64,000 nt of DNA, from positions 103,686-167,685 of the forward strand of contig NW_003314410.1 of the NCBI RefSeq assembly GCF_000143415.4, written 5' to 3'. The position numbers and the translations under genes are program-made. Of the stretch, positions 10,843 through 21,980 are shown piece after piece (positions within the stretch are counted from its first letter, which is position 1; the number at the start of each line of letters is the position of its first letter). Below the pieces are notes generated by a model. That model had not been told where the DNA came from. It was given only the letters and a program-made list of their open reading frames with translations, and did no database searches. This stretch comes from Selaginella moellendorffii (taxonomy: Eukaryota > Plantae > Lycopodiophyta).

Positions 10843-12940
10843 ATGCAATCTCTGCCAAGGAAGGGGCCGCTGGGAACGGCTTGGCGCGCGGCTCATGTGG
10901 AGCGCCGGCTTGCCAGGAGCGAGATAAGCGCGGCAGACATCGCTACAACTGTTGGTAAGTCTTATCTTCCGTCATGTTTGCGCTCAAAGTCGTGGTTTTT
11001 GCGCACTCGAGCTCAAAGGCGTGGGGTTTTGGCAGATGAAATCCTTCGCTTCCCCGACGTGCCACTGTCTTTGAGAGTGTCCGCTTATCTGTTGCTGGGC
11101 GTGGCACGCATTTACTCTAGGAAGGTTGTCTACCTCCTGGCAGTCTCCAACGAGACCTGGGAGAAGGTCAAAAGGCTGAGCATCAAAGCTAGCGAGGCTT
11201 CTCTACTGGAAACTGAGCGCCTTTGTGTGGGCTATGCTGGAAACTTGGCTGACTTGCTCGATCCTTTTCGGGAAGAAGAGGTTGTAAACGCAGTACACAG
11301 GTACGGGAATATGATTGGCAATGTTGCACTGTTAACTTTCTGTCAGCGTTTGTGCAGCAATGTCGATTTGCACGTTGCACTGGCAGAGCACATTACTTTG
11401 CAGCCAAACGTAGATCATTTTGGATCTTACAACACGGAGCTAGATGGTGAGAACTGGCTTTTTGTCTAGTCGTTTCTAACTTTTTACTTTACAGAAAGAT
11501 TTCCTGATGGTGATTTGCCATTCGGCTTCGAAGTTGAGGAAGTCATCTCGCAATGGTATGGTGTGATTCCTTTCTTCAACGAGAGTAACGTACCCTGTAC
11601 TGCAGCCAAGAGAAAGAAAACTTGGATGAATGGTCCGGCATTGTGGACGATGGAGTATTTCAGCCGCAAACACCAACAAATGACGTCTTGGCAGACCATA
11701 GGGAGCGAGCACCTTACAACCTTCTACGTCCAACGGCAATGCGGTCCTTGGCTTCGATCGTTGATGAGATAGCTGATCAGCAAATGCCAGGTGCTCCTTT
11801 TCAGACTGTGATAGAGAGGGAGAAGGCCATTCGCGCGCAAGACTGCGGCTATTTTTCCGAAAAAGAATCAGGTGAGCTACTCTAAGTGTAAAGGCTCGTG
11901 ACTGTCTTTTATCACAGAGTTGGCCTTCGCTCCAAGGACACCTCAGAAACCATGCACTGAGATACGCAGCAACGTCAGGACAAGTAACAAGCGGAAGCGG
12001 CTTGCGTTTGATATGTCGACCATGCTATCGAACGAGTAAGCCGAGTATCACAAATTCGTTTACAACTCTGACTCCCGGGTTTTGGTAGGCTGCTACAGAA
12101 CCAGCTCCGTAGCACAAAAGACCTGCTAAGGCCTCGTAAAAGAGCCGATTGCTGTTATCGACGAATGCTTCTTATGCAAAACATGACTGCTAGGGACCAG
12201 AGGTTGCTTCAGCTGCTAACTGGTAGCCGGCTGCCAGCGAGCAACTATCAACTGAGGACTTACGGTGTTTTGGAACGCGAAACAGAGAGAGGTATTAAGC
12301 TTACCTTCCAAGTTCATAAGAACTAATTTTTAACAAACTTTTAGAGATCGCCGCCACGAAAAAGCTTGCTGGAGATAATCTGAACGGGGAAGACAATTTG
12401 AACGCTTCTATAAACCCAGCTGTCGACTCTGTAGCTGATTTACCCGTAAGCTGCGTGATTTTGTTTCATTTTTTTATGAACTCGGTTTTTTTTCTGCAGG
12501 ACTTTGATTGCCATTTTGAAGGTGATGATACTTTTTGCACTTTCCACTTCACCATTTCGCTGATCTCCTTACAGAACTTGTAGACGGCCGTGACTCCCAG
12601 GCTCCAGACAGTGATGTATGCTCCGGACGGACGAGGTCAGTGCTTATCAAGTGGTAAATATATTCTCAATGATGTTTCATGTGACCAGGGCAGTAGCACT
12701 TATGTTGGAGAGGCGCAGCAAACAGGCTTCGAACGCGAGTTTGTCGCTGGAACAAATTCTGACGGGAAAAACTAGAAGAGTTGCAGCTTGCATGTTTTAT
12801 GACATTCTGGTAACCTTGTGTATTTTCTATTCGCGACTTGTTTCTGACAGCGTGTGGAACAGGTCCTCGGGTCCAAACAGTCTCTCTTAGTGAAGCAAGC
12901 GGTTCCATTCGGTGACATAATAGTTAGTGCATCCATGTGA
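10843..12940 (+). CDS. RAD21/REC8-family kleisin (cohesin subunit), multi-exon
   Basis: N-terminal Rad21_Rec8_N: RKGPLGTAWRAAHVERRL...PLSLRVSAYLLLGVARIYSRKVVYL. C-terminal winged helix: LEQILTGKTRRVAACMFYDIL|VLGSKQSLLVKQAVPFGDIIVSASM* (stop 12938-12940). Middle exons are poorly resolved. Confidence 0.85.
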
Positions 12941-13201
12941 TTTTTTTTATCACTGCCCTGGTAAGTGATTTTCTCCTGGATGCGTGAATGACTGTAGTAT
13001 GCTCAACGAAAATTTAACAAGCTTGATTTCTCGCCTTTCTGATGTTCGAGCATTATGATCTTCAAGGTATTGCTTGCCTCGTCGTATCTGCATTTATACC
13101 AGTGTTTTTTTTTTTTTTTTTTTTTGTTCGTTTGTTTGGTTTTTAGATATTTTGTTTCAGGAATAGAGAGCTCCGGGTGCTACTTTATATTTATACTGTC
13201 A

Positions 13202-14523
13202 ATGGTGCTTCTTCCTCAACGAGCTCGGGTCTCACGGCGAGTAAAGTACGTATCCATTGGTTTTCTTTGTAACTGATTTTCTTTGGCACGTAGGACACCA
13301 CTTGGCGCCTGCGTGTGTAGAGCACACCCTAAATACGAAGAAAAGATGATCCGAGCGCCGTTTCCAGGAGGATTGGGCAGCACGTTTTGTTCAGTTATTT
13401 GTTTTGGCAAATGCGCGGCGGGGAGACACACGAGCCTCTGCCAAGCATACCAAGTAAGTTTGCTCTTGTCCTTCTGTTGGTTTTTTATGATTTTTTGGTG
13501 ATCGCGCAGAATACATTCACCCCAACGGAGAGAGTGAAGCAGAGAATCCAGCACGGCTTTGAAAAATTCAAGCAGGAGACTTTCTTGTACGCCAGACAAA
13601 TCTGAATCCCTGGACGGTTTCAATGCCAACTTCCGAATTTGTGCTGTGGACAGGAGGCAACCAAAGCTGTTTCGCGAAGTAGCGGTGAAGCAGACTCCAA
13701 AGGTAAGCGCTGTCTGGTCTTAAGAACGCTCGAAACGGCTCATCTCTTATATTTCTTGTGCAGTTCATGGTCATTGCCTGCTCCGACTCGAGAGTATGTC
13801 CCACGACAGTTCTTGGATTCCGGCCAGGCGAAGCATTTGTCGTCCGCAACATTGCTAACATGGTTCCTCCACCAGAGCAGGTACTCTGTAATTTTCTTGG
13901 TTTGGATTCCAAAGCATGGTTGTGAAAATCCGGGCAGGCTATGATCTATCCCGGCACTAGTGCAGCTATTGAATACGCCGTCATGGTTCTCAAGGTAACC
14001 ATTTTCCGGCAAATACAAGCTTTGCCAAACCGTCCATAGGTGGAGAGTATAATGGTGATCGGGCACAGCAGGTGTGGTGGCATCCTTGCTCTCATGACTC
14101 AGAAGGAAAATGTGAAACGGAGGTACTTACACACTCTCTCGCTTTGCTTGTTTCTCTCCTTTTCTGGCACTTCTGACGTGATTTTCTAGTCAGTGTTTTT
14201 GTTGAAGACTGGATCCAGATTGGGCTTGCGGCTCGTACCGCGGCTCTCAAGGCAGCAGCTGACAAGGACCTGGAACAGCAGTGCACAATGTGCGAAAAGG
14301 TTTGCTCTGCGACCGCTGCTCTTTCCCCGTTCGTCTGACGATTTCGTGCCAGGAGTCTATCAACTTATCGCTGTCAAACCTCTTGGCTTTTCCCTTCGTG
14401 CACGACGCAGTCATGAATGGCAACCTCACGCTCCATGGTGGCTACTACAACTTTGTGGAGGGCTCGTTCGAGTACTGGCTGTATGGGGCGGATGGGAAGA
14501 CAGGTGCTCATTCCCGATTCTAA
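13202..14523 (+). CDS. Beta-carbonic anhydrase, multi-exon, likely organellar
   Basis: Exons encode [53 protein letters not shown] (Zn ligands C/H/C) and [16 protein letters not shown]. The start codon (13202) is tentative. Confidence 0.9.
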
Positions 14524-14758
14524 TCAGCAAGGTATGTCACTAGTTTCATCGGTTTCTTTCTTAAGATGCTGTTGCGTTTGTGGAAGCTAAGGCGGTCGAT
14601 CAAGCACTTGTAAGGGAGGAACGAGTTTACAGCACAAGGTTTTGTGATCGCATTGGCAAATTCATCTTATCCTGCTCAATATATTCTTTTTTAGCTCTTT
14701 TGGTAAATAAAAGCATACTTAAAGCTTGACTATAAAGTTGAAGGGTTGCCCTAAAAAG

Positions 14759-15526
14759 ATGGTAGTGGAGGAGCCGGATGTTGTGATCCACGCTTCGCGC
14801 TGGTGTTGCCTCAGAGATCTTGCGTCTAGGGCTCAGAGGGTATACCAGGTTGAGCCTTTTGTACCAGGAAGATCTCCCGAGGAAGCGACAGTCGACTGGA
14901 GCGGTCTTTTTCCAGGTAGCGAGTTGAAAAGCACTAATCCGCCTCGAGGCGGTGATCTCCAGCCTCTGTTTGACTTCGATGAGCAAGGTATGCCCATAGC
15001 CACAGTAAACAAAGAAGCGAAACGGTGCTCTGGTTGCTGGGAGCAAGCGTTAAACCTTTGCTCCCAGGCCATGACCAAGCTTGGCACCACAGCACACCAG
15101 TTTTCTCTCCAGGAGCGCCAACAGCCAGCCTTGTCCTTGATCCATAAGGCACTGGAGCTTTTCAGGCATAAGCAGCAGGACAAGAATTTATTCCAAGTTT
15201 ATGTTCTAGGTAATAGTTTGAGGAAAGTGGGCTTGATTACTCGACCCAGCGAGGAGGTGGTGTTGGAGCTCTTGAATCGACACCCAGTGGTAACGAGCTT
15301 GAGATGCGAGCAACTTGAAAAAGATGATGCCTTTGTGGATGACGGCGGTGGCAAGGCGTGGTATTGTAGCACGTACAACATGTACTGGATTGGGCAGTGT
15401 GTGGTGCTCCTGGGGTTTACTCCCACTAGATGGATTGTGTTCCACCCTAAGCACGGGATTTTCACGGTGCAAAGAGAGCAGTATACTGGCGTCGCAGAGT
15501 TCGTCTTAGTGCCCCTTTTCTCGTAA
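14759..15526 (+). CDS. Hypothetical protein of about 255 aa, possibly a divergent papain-fold protein
   Basis: Intact intronless ORF. Motif spacing TVDWS / SGCW / LLNRHPVV / QCVVLLGF...WIVFHPKHG resembles the papain-like fold. A decayed inverted copy of its 3' end lies at about 55070-55271. Confidence 0.5.
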   Translation: MVVEEPDVVIHASRWCCLRDLASRAQRVYQVEPFVPGRSPEEATVDWSGLFPGSELKSTNPPRGGDLQPLFDFDEQGMPIATVNKEAKRCSGCWEQALNLCSQAMTKLGTTAHQFSLQERQQPALSLIHKALELFRHKQQDKNLFQVYVLGNSLRKVGLITRPSEEVVLELLNRHPVVTSLRCEQLEKDDAFVDDGGGKAWYCSTYNMYWIGQCVVLLGFTPTRWIVFHPKHGIFTVQREQYTGVAEFVLVPLFS

Positions 15527-15769
15527 TTTATTAGCAATCTTCTGTAATTTCTTTTTATTTCAAGAAAGGGAATAGGTGTCCCAGATCTTGCAAAAGTAGC
15601 TCACGTCCTGATGTAAACGTTGGTCTTGTCTTACAAGAGCTTGATCGCGTTTGTCTATATGAAACTTCCACAACAAAAAAACAAGCTTTTTGGCATGAAA
15701 TTGTCAGACGAATGGGAAAAGCAGTTCCCAGCTGACTAAGGAAACGCATCCATGCATGTCCTGGTTGTT

Positions 15770-16680
15770 TAGTCGGCTTGGGTTTGCAGCCCTATCAAAT
15801 CCCTGCGAGCTCGTTAAAAGGTTTTGCTTCTTCTGGATTCTTACAGCCATACGTCATATATCACTGTTGAGATGCCATTCTTACGAACGAGAGAAAAGAA
15901 TGACGTGACTCACTCGAGAAATGCTTCTGTCACCGGTGGTGATCGTCCCAAGTGACAAATGTTCCCCAAAGCGTCTTACTGCTTGAAGGATGTTCCCTCC
16001 TTAGAAGAAGGTAACGAAGAAGAAGAATCCTCATCAATCAACCAAGTCGAAAAAATGAATGTTACCAATACTCGTAAAAGGCGCAGGAACGAGCAAACAC
16101 CAGGTTGCCTCGGCAGCGAAAGACGTGTTCTATGGTCGTGACAAAACAAATCCCGCTAGAAAATATGCAAGTGAAAACTTACATGCAAAGCCATGTTTAC
16201 CTCTTGGAAACTTCTGATGGCGATTGAGTCAAGAGCTTCGGGAGGCTGCTGGCCGCAACAAAGAGATAGCTAGCCATCCAAGTCCCCGGACCTAGGCGGA
16301 AAACGCAAGGATCATCCATCACCACAGTCTATACGCTATCATCCACAAGACAAACCGTGGTTAAGAGTGCTTGGTTCACATGATCAGTGAGACCAGATGG
16401 AGCATTGTGTACGAGAGGATGAATGGAAAGACGATAATACGAAGCCGTGACGCGGCCGCGCACAACTCTGTCACACAGAGGAAATAAAAATCAAACAATC
16501 ACACGATCAAAAGAACAAAAGGAAATGCGGCCTCCAGAATCTAGCCGGCTTGACGTGGGTTTGGAGCGCTGGAGGAGGCGTAGGGAATCGAGGGCTTCAC
16601 AATCTCCATCTCCTGTCGCTCCCTGGAGCTGTGATTCTCCTCGCGGAGAGTGCTGCTCTCCTGACGGTCGGCGTACAGTT
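15770..16680 (-). pseudogene. Decayed copy of the cytochrome c6A plus DUF3082-like genes
   Basis: Colinear sequence with many deletions, matching 56760-58030 (e.g. ggtttgcagccct..caaatccctgcgagct, aagcgtcttactgcttgaag, cggcctccagaatctagccggcttgacgtggg). Confidence 0.85.
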
Positions 16681-16886
16681 TTCTGTCAATCACGCATTGA
16701 TTTTTTTCTGACATAAGAGAATGTGCGATAAGCACGTTCTTCTCATGGGATCTTCGCGAAGAAACGTCTCGTGTGGGATTGGGATGATCTAAGTTTGTGA
16801 GTGTATACCGAAAGTTTTTGTGGTGTTCTTTCTCCCTCTCTTGAGTGTTTTTGTGGTTTTTGTGGATTTCATCTTTGGTTGCAAAG

Positions 16887-18311
16887 ATGGTTGTGCGCGT
16901 AGAGTCCGTGTCCACGATCGTTCCAGCGGTCCCAACACCGCAGCCCTGCACTCTCTGGCTTTGCAACTTCCAAATCCAGGTCCTGGGCGATAACTACATC
17001 AAGCAAGTTTACTACTACCCAGCTGCTCTGGATCACGTAAGCTCTTTCGATTCGCTGGTGGCGAGCTTGAAGGACTCGCTCTCCCGGATCCTCGTCCCGT
17101 ACTATCCTCTAGCCGGGAGGCCCAGGATCGCCGGCCTCGACCGCCCCATCCTCGAGTGCAACGACCGCGGCATCGAGTTCGTGGTGGCCTTCGCCGATGC
17201 GAGCTTCGGCGACTGGGGCAATTCCATGAAGCAGTGCTCCATCGAGCAGGAGCTCAACCCGGCCCAGACCGCGATCACCGATCCGGAGAACTTCCCTCAG
17301 CTCAAAGTTCAGGTAAATCGTTTGACCGGCTTTGATCGGCTTTGACTACTCTCCCAGGTGACCAAGTTCCGGTGTGGCGGGATAGCTCTGGGCCTCGTCA
17401 CCAGCCACACCCTCCTGGACGGCTCCTCGTTCTTCCCCTTCCTCAAGGCCTGGTCGGAGCTCCACCGGGGATTCCCACCGCCGAATCCACCGCCCAGCTT
17501 CGACTCCAGCCTCCTCAAGGCGCGGGATCCGCCCTGCGTCACCGTGCCGGTCCGGGACTTCGTTGCTGTGACCCCCGCCATCGCCGAGGAGATGGACAAG
17601 GCCGCCCAGGACTTCAAGCCCAGTTACCACGTCCGGGCATTCCACATGAACGAGCAGCAGCTCGCGGAGCTCAAGCACGAGATCGCGTCTGGCCCGTTCG
17701 CCTACGGCAGCAGCCCAACCTCCTTCGAGGCCGTCTCGGGTCTCGTCTGGAAGTGCATCACCGAGGCCCGTGACTTCGACGACTCGGTGACCAACACTTA
17801 CATCTACGCGGTGTCCACCAAGGTGGGCAGAAACCGGTGGCAGCCACCGATGCCGAGCGAGTACTGCGGCACCTCCTCCTTCACGCTCTGCCTGCCGTGC
17901 GCCGTGGGCGATCTCAAGACCAAGCACGTCTCCCACGCCGCGCGGCTCTTCCACGAGGATGTCCGCAACGTAGGCCAGGAGAGGATCCAGTCTACCATCG
18001 ACTGGATGGAGGAGACGCTGCGCAAGGGCCATGATATCGGGCTCAACGTCTCCCCACCCAGCACCGGGATGGGGATCTTCAGCATCAGCTTGCACTCGTT
18101 CCCGGTGTACGAGTTTGAGTTTGGGTGGGGGCGGCCGGCCCACTTCTCGATGGTGCTGGAGTCGTGGTATGGCAACGGGGTGATGGTGCTACTTCCCACG
18201 CCTCAGGGCGGGATGCGAGAGCGCCGGATTGTGGTGATGCTGCTCGAGGAGCAGATGAAGAGGCTGCTGCAAAGCGAGCTCTTTGCGAGGTTTACAACCC
18301 TGGACTGCTAG
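16887..18311 (+). CDS. BAHD acyltransferase copy 1 (459 aa, 2 exons)
   Basis: Exons 16887-17312 and 17358-18311 (45-nt intron at the conserved Q|VTKFRCGG position). Motifs LKDSLSRILVPYYPLAGR, HTLLDG (HXXXD) and FEFGWG (DFGWG variant). Confidence 0.93.
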
Positions 18312-20149
18312 TTCCTCTCCGCACAGGAGCTTCAAATAAGATTGGCGAATGGTCCCCTTGACTCCATGGTATGGGCCCTGTTTCTGTGGTTTTCATCACG
18401 CAAGCTTTCGATAGAAATCAATGCACGAAGGCTACTTTTGTTTTTGGAGGTGCTGCTCTTCATGCTGTAGGAGAGTAAATTAGTTTGTTCCACGCAGATT
18501 GATTTCTCGCGGTCTTTGGATCTAGTGCTCCACTCTCATCTCCTACAACATGAAAATCCAATGCCATAAAAGAAAGGCTAGAGGGGATCAAGAATTTGTG
18601 TTGAAACTCTCACACCAGGTTCGCTCTTTCTTTTCGATTGCAACGCAAAAAGGAGCCAGTGACACTGCAAAACAACGAACTCTCAACGCGAACTCACTGA
18701 TGTGGACAACGCTGTGCGAATATGAACAATCAACAATACTTAGGTTTAGGTTATCGTGTCTTTCGATTTGTTCTAATTTCTTGTCATGAAGAAGCCAAGT
18801 GACATGCTGGTGTTGCTCAACGACGATACGAACTGAAAAACGCCATGTCACAGCGTGTGCCATACTTGGTTGGCAACGTTTTGGAGAGATTGTGATCAAA
18901 GGAACCTGCCCAGCCTTCTGGTAGCACACCACATGGCCATTTATCTTTGCAGAATTACCTCATTATAGTGGAGTCAATCAAAAACTCCTGGCTAATGGTC
19001 TTTATTCATGCCTTTGACCATTAACATTTTTCAGGATGGAAATTTTTCAGTATGCAAGAGGTGTAGAAGGCAGAGTAAACCACTGGAAGTGTACCTGAGC
19101 TATGAAGAACCGGAGGCTAGCCGTGTTGCAGCCAGCGAGCGATCCTGGCAAACTGGCGTCGAGTGTTTGGAAGAAGCTGATGCGTCTTAACAGCAAGCCT
19201 CTCCCTTTCACAGAGACGAGGTAGGGGACTACAAAACTCGCGTTTGCGTCTCGGCTCCAAGGTGGCCACGTCCCCGAGTTGATCCAGGAAAAGGTTGTGA
19301 GTTTTGTGGAGAGATACAACCAGCAGTACACCAAGGAGACCGAGACTGCCCGTGATACTGCAACTTCAAAGCGAAAGGACGCAATGCTCAGGCACGAGCT
19401 CGAGTACTTGAGAAGCGGAAATGAGCTGGAGCTGTTGAGTCTACTCCCGAATGCCAGGGACGAAGAAGAACCCTCAGACAGAGCCAGAGGCACGACTGGA
19501 CGAAGGCTGGACAAAAGGCTGGATGAAAATACTCAGGCACAAGCGATTGGACTGGAAGAAATTCCTCGGCCCTGGAAGAGGACACGAAGCTGCTCGTGCT
19601 CACGCCAGAAGGGACCGGCTTGGAAGTTCTGGAAGTGACGAGCCCGAGGTCTTCAAGCTCGGACAAACTCTTGAGTAACTGCTACAGCTTCCACAAGCTC
19701 GTCTCTGGGAATGTTTTTTGACATAACTACTGGACAAATTTTTGCAACTTTGTATATGTATTCATTTCTTTTCAAGGAAACTACTTGTGTAGATCGTCTC
19801 GTTTTGCCACTGCCAAAGCGTAACTTCCATCTACCCATCGTTAGCTGGCTCTGGAACGTTACCGTTGCAATCTCATGGCGTTCCAAAAACAAAAGGATGT
19901 TAGGGAAACCATAAAGAAAACTAAAGCCTCTCTCCTGGCGTTGTCCAGTTCTTTGAACAAACATTTTGGTTAGAACAAATAGCTCACGGACCTCTTAAAC
20001 TTCGCATTTCGTTGAACAGAAAACATCCTAGTTAGACAAACCAATATATGAGTTGATTCAGGCGTCTTTTCTTGTAAATTCACGCTATGCACATTCCTTT
20101 GCCTTTGGAGTTTTCATGGTCGTCGTTTTCATTGTGGATTGAAGTTCTG

Positions 20150-21980
20150 GCCCAACGTTGTTTCTCGCAGGCTTGCATTGAGCGCAGCAACAATTAAATC
20201 TCTCCAATCTCGTAGCATTTTTCTTCTTGGACATAGTCTTAACATCACGTCACTTGTTTTTTTTCATGACAAGAGATTAGAACAAATTTAAACACACGCA
20301 AACCTTGAAGCTAAGTATCATCAACTTTTAATCATCGTTAGTTTTGTTCGTATTCACAAATTTCCCTTCGCGTTGAGAGTTGCTTGGACTGTTGCTTTGC
20401 ACTTAGCTTGTTTGAGTTGTTTGATTGAGCATATCATCTTAGCTTGACTGTGTGGCTCCCTTTTGCGTTGAGCATAGCATCTTCTTGACCCCGTCGTCGG
20501 CACTCTCAATTGAAAAGAAAGAGCAAACCTGAATTCTTCAAACGTTGAGAGTTTCAACACGAGTTCTTGAATGCCTCTAGCCTTTATTTTATCGTTGATA
20601 ATTCTAGAGCATACCTCTTGGCTCGTTGCAAGCAGCTTCGCTTTCTTGTCTCCAGCAAGTCTCTCTTGTTTCGTTGTCTTACTCTCTTGTTTCGTTGCCT
20701 TACACAAAGAAAAATAAATAAACTTACCTTTGCGAAGTGGAGGGGCTGGTCAAGGATCAACGACGGATCATGATCGTTGTTTTCATTGAGGTTTGACCAT
20801 TGTCATGTATGTCTTCAGCTGGATTGAAGTTCTGAAGATTGCAGGTGCCTAACGTTGTTTCTCAGCTCGCAGGTCTTGCGTTGAGCGCACCAACAACATA
20901 ACTCGAAGCACTGACAATCTCTCCAAAACGTTGATACAAAATCCTTGCGTTGAGCGCAGTAACAACATAACTAGGAGCACTGACAATCTCTCCAAAACGT
21001 TGATACAAAATCTCTCCAATCTAGTAGCATTTTTCTTCCTGGCACACGTCTTATCGTCATTGAGCTGTCACTTGGCTTCTTCATGACAAGAAATTAGAAC
21101 AAATCCCCGTTGTTTTGCACTTTGCTTGTTTGAGTTGTTTGAGCACATCATCTTAGCACGGGCTCCCTTTTGTGTTGCAATTGAAAAGAAAGAGGGAACC
21201 TGGTGTCTTCAAATGTTGAGAGTTTCAACACGAATTCTTGATCGCCTCCTTTCTTTTATCGTTTATCATACCTCTTAGCAGCTTCGCTTTCTTGTCCCTG
21301 GCAAATCTGTGTCTTACTCGCTTATTGCTAACGCAAAGAAAAGCCCTTACCTTGAGAGGTGGAGAGGTGCGGCAGTTGACCGGTCCGGCCAAGGATCAGT
21401 GACGGATCATGATTGTTGTTGTCATTGTTATGTACGTCTTCAGCTAGATTGAAGTTCTGAAGATCTCAGATGCCCAGCGTTGTTTCTCAGCTGACCGGTC
21501 TTGCGTTGAGCGCAGCAACAACATAACTCAAAGCACTGACAATCTCTCCAAAACGTTGACACAAAATCTCTCCAATCTAGTAGCATTTTTCTTCTTGGCA
21601 CACGCTGTGACAAAGCGTTTTTCAGTGCTTATCGTGGTTGAGCAGCACCAACATGTTGGCTTCTTCATGACAAGAAATTTCGAAACACACGCGAACCTGG
21701 CAACATGAAACTAAGTGTCGTTGATCTAGTTTGTTTGTATTCACAGAGCGTTGTCCACATCCTTCGCGTTGAGAGTTCCTTGGCCCGTTGTTTCACTTTG
21801 CTTGTTTGAGTTGTTTGTAGTGTCACTGCCTCCCTTTTGCGTTGCAATCTTCAAACGTTGAGAGTTTCAACACGATTTCTAACAGACCTCTTAAGCAGCT
21901 TCGCTTTCCAAATTTCTGTCTTACTCGTTTACTGCTAACGCAAAGAAAGCCCTATCTAAACGAACTTACCTTGCGAGAGT
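20150..21980. repeat. Degenerate tandem copies of a roughly 0.6-0.8 kb repeat unit
   Basis: Marker ttcatgacaaga recurs at about 20263, 21080 and 21664, with shared blocks (tctctccaaaacgttga, cgcgttgagagtt, ttcaaacgttgagagtttcaacacga). Further copies lie near 24780, 25474, 43182 and 52264, and inverted copies near 18780, 47083 and 50735. Confidence 0.85.
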
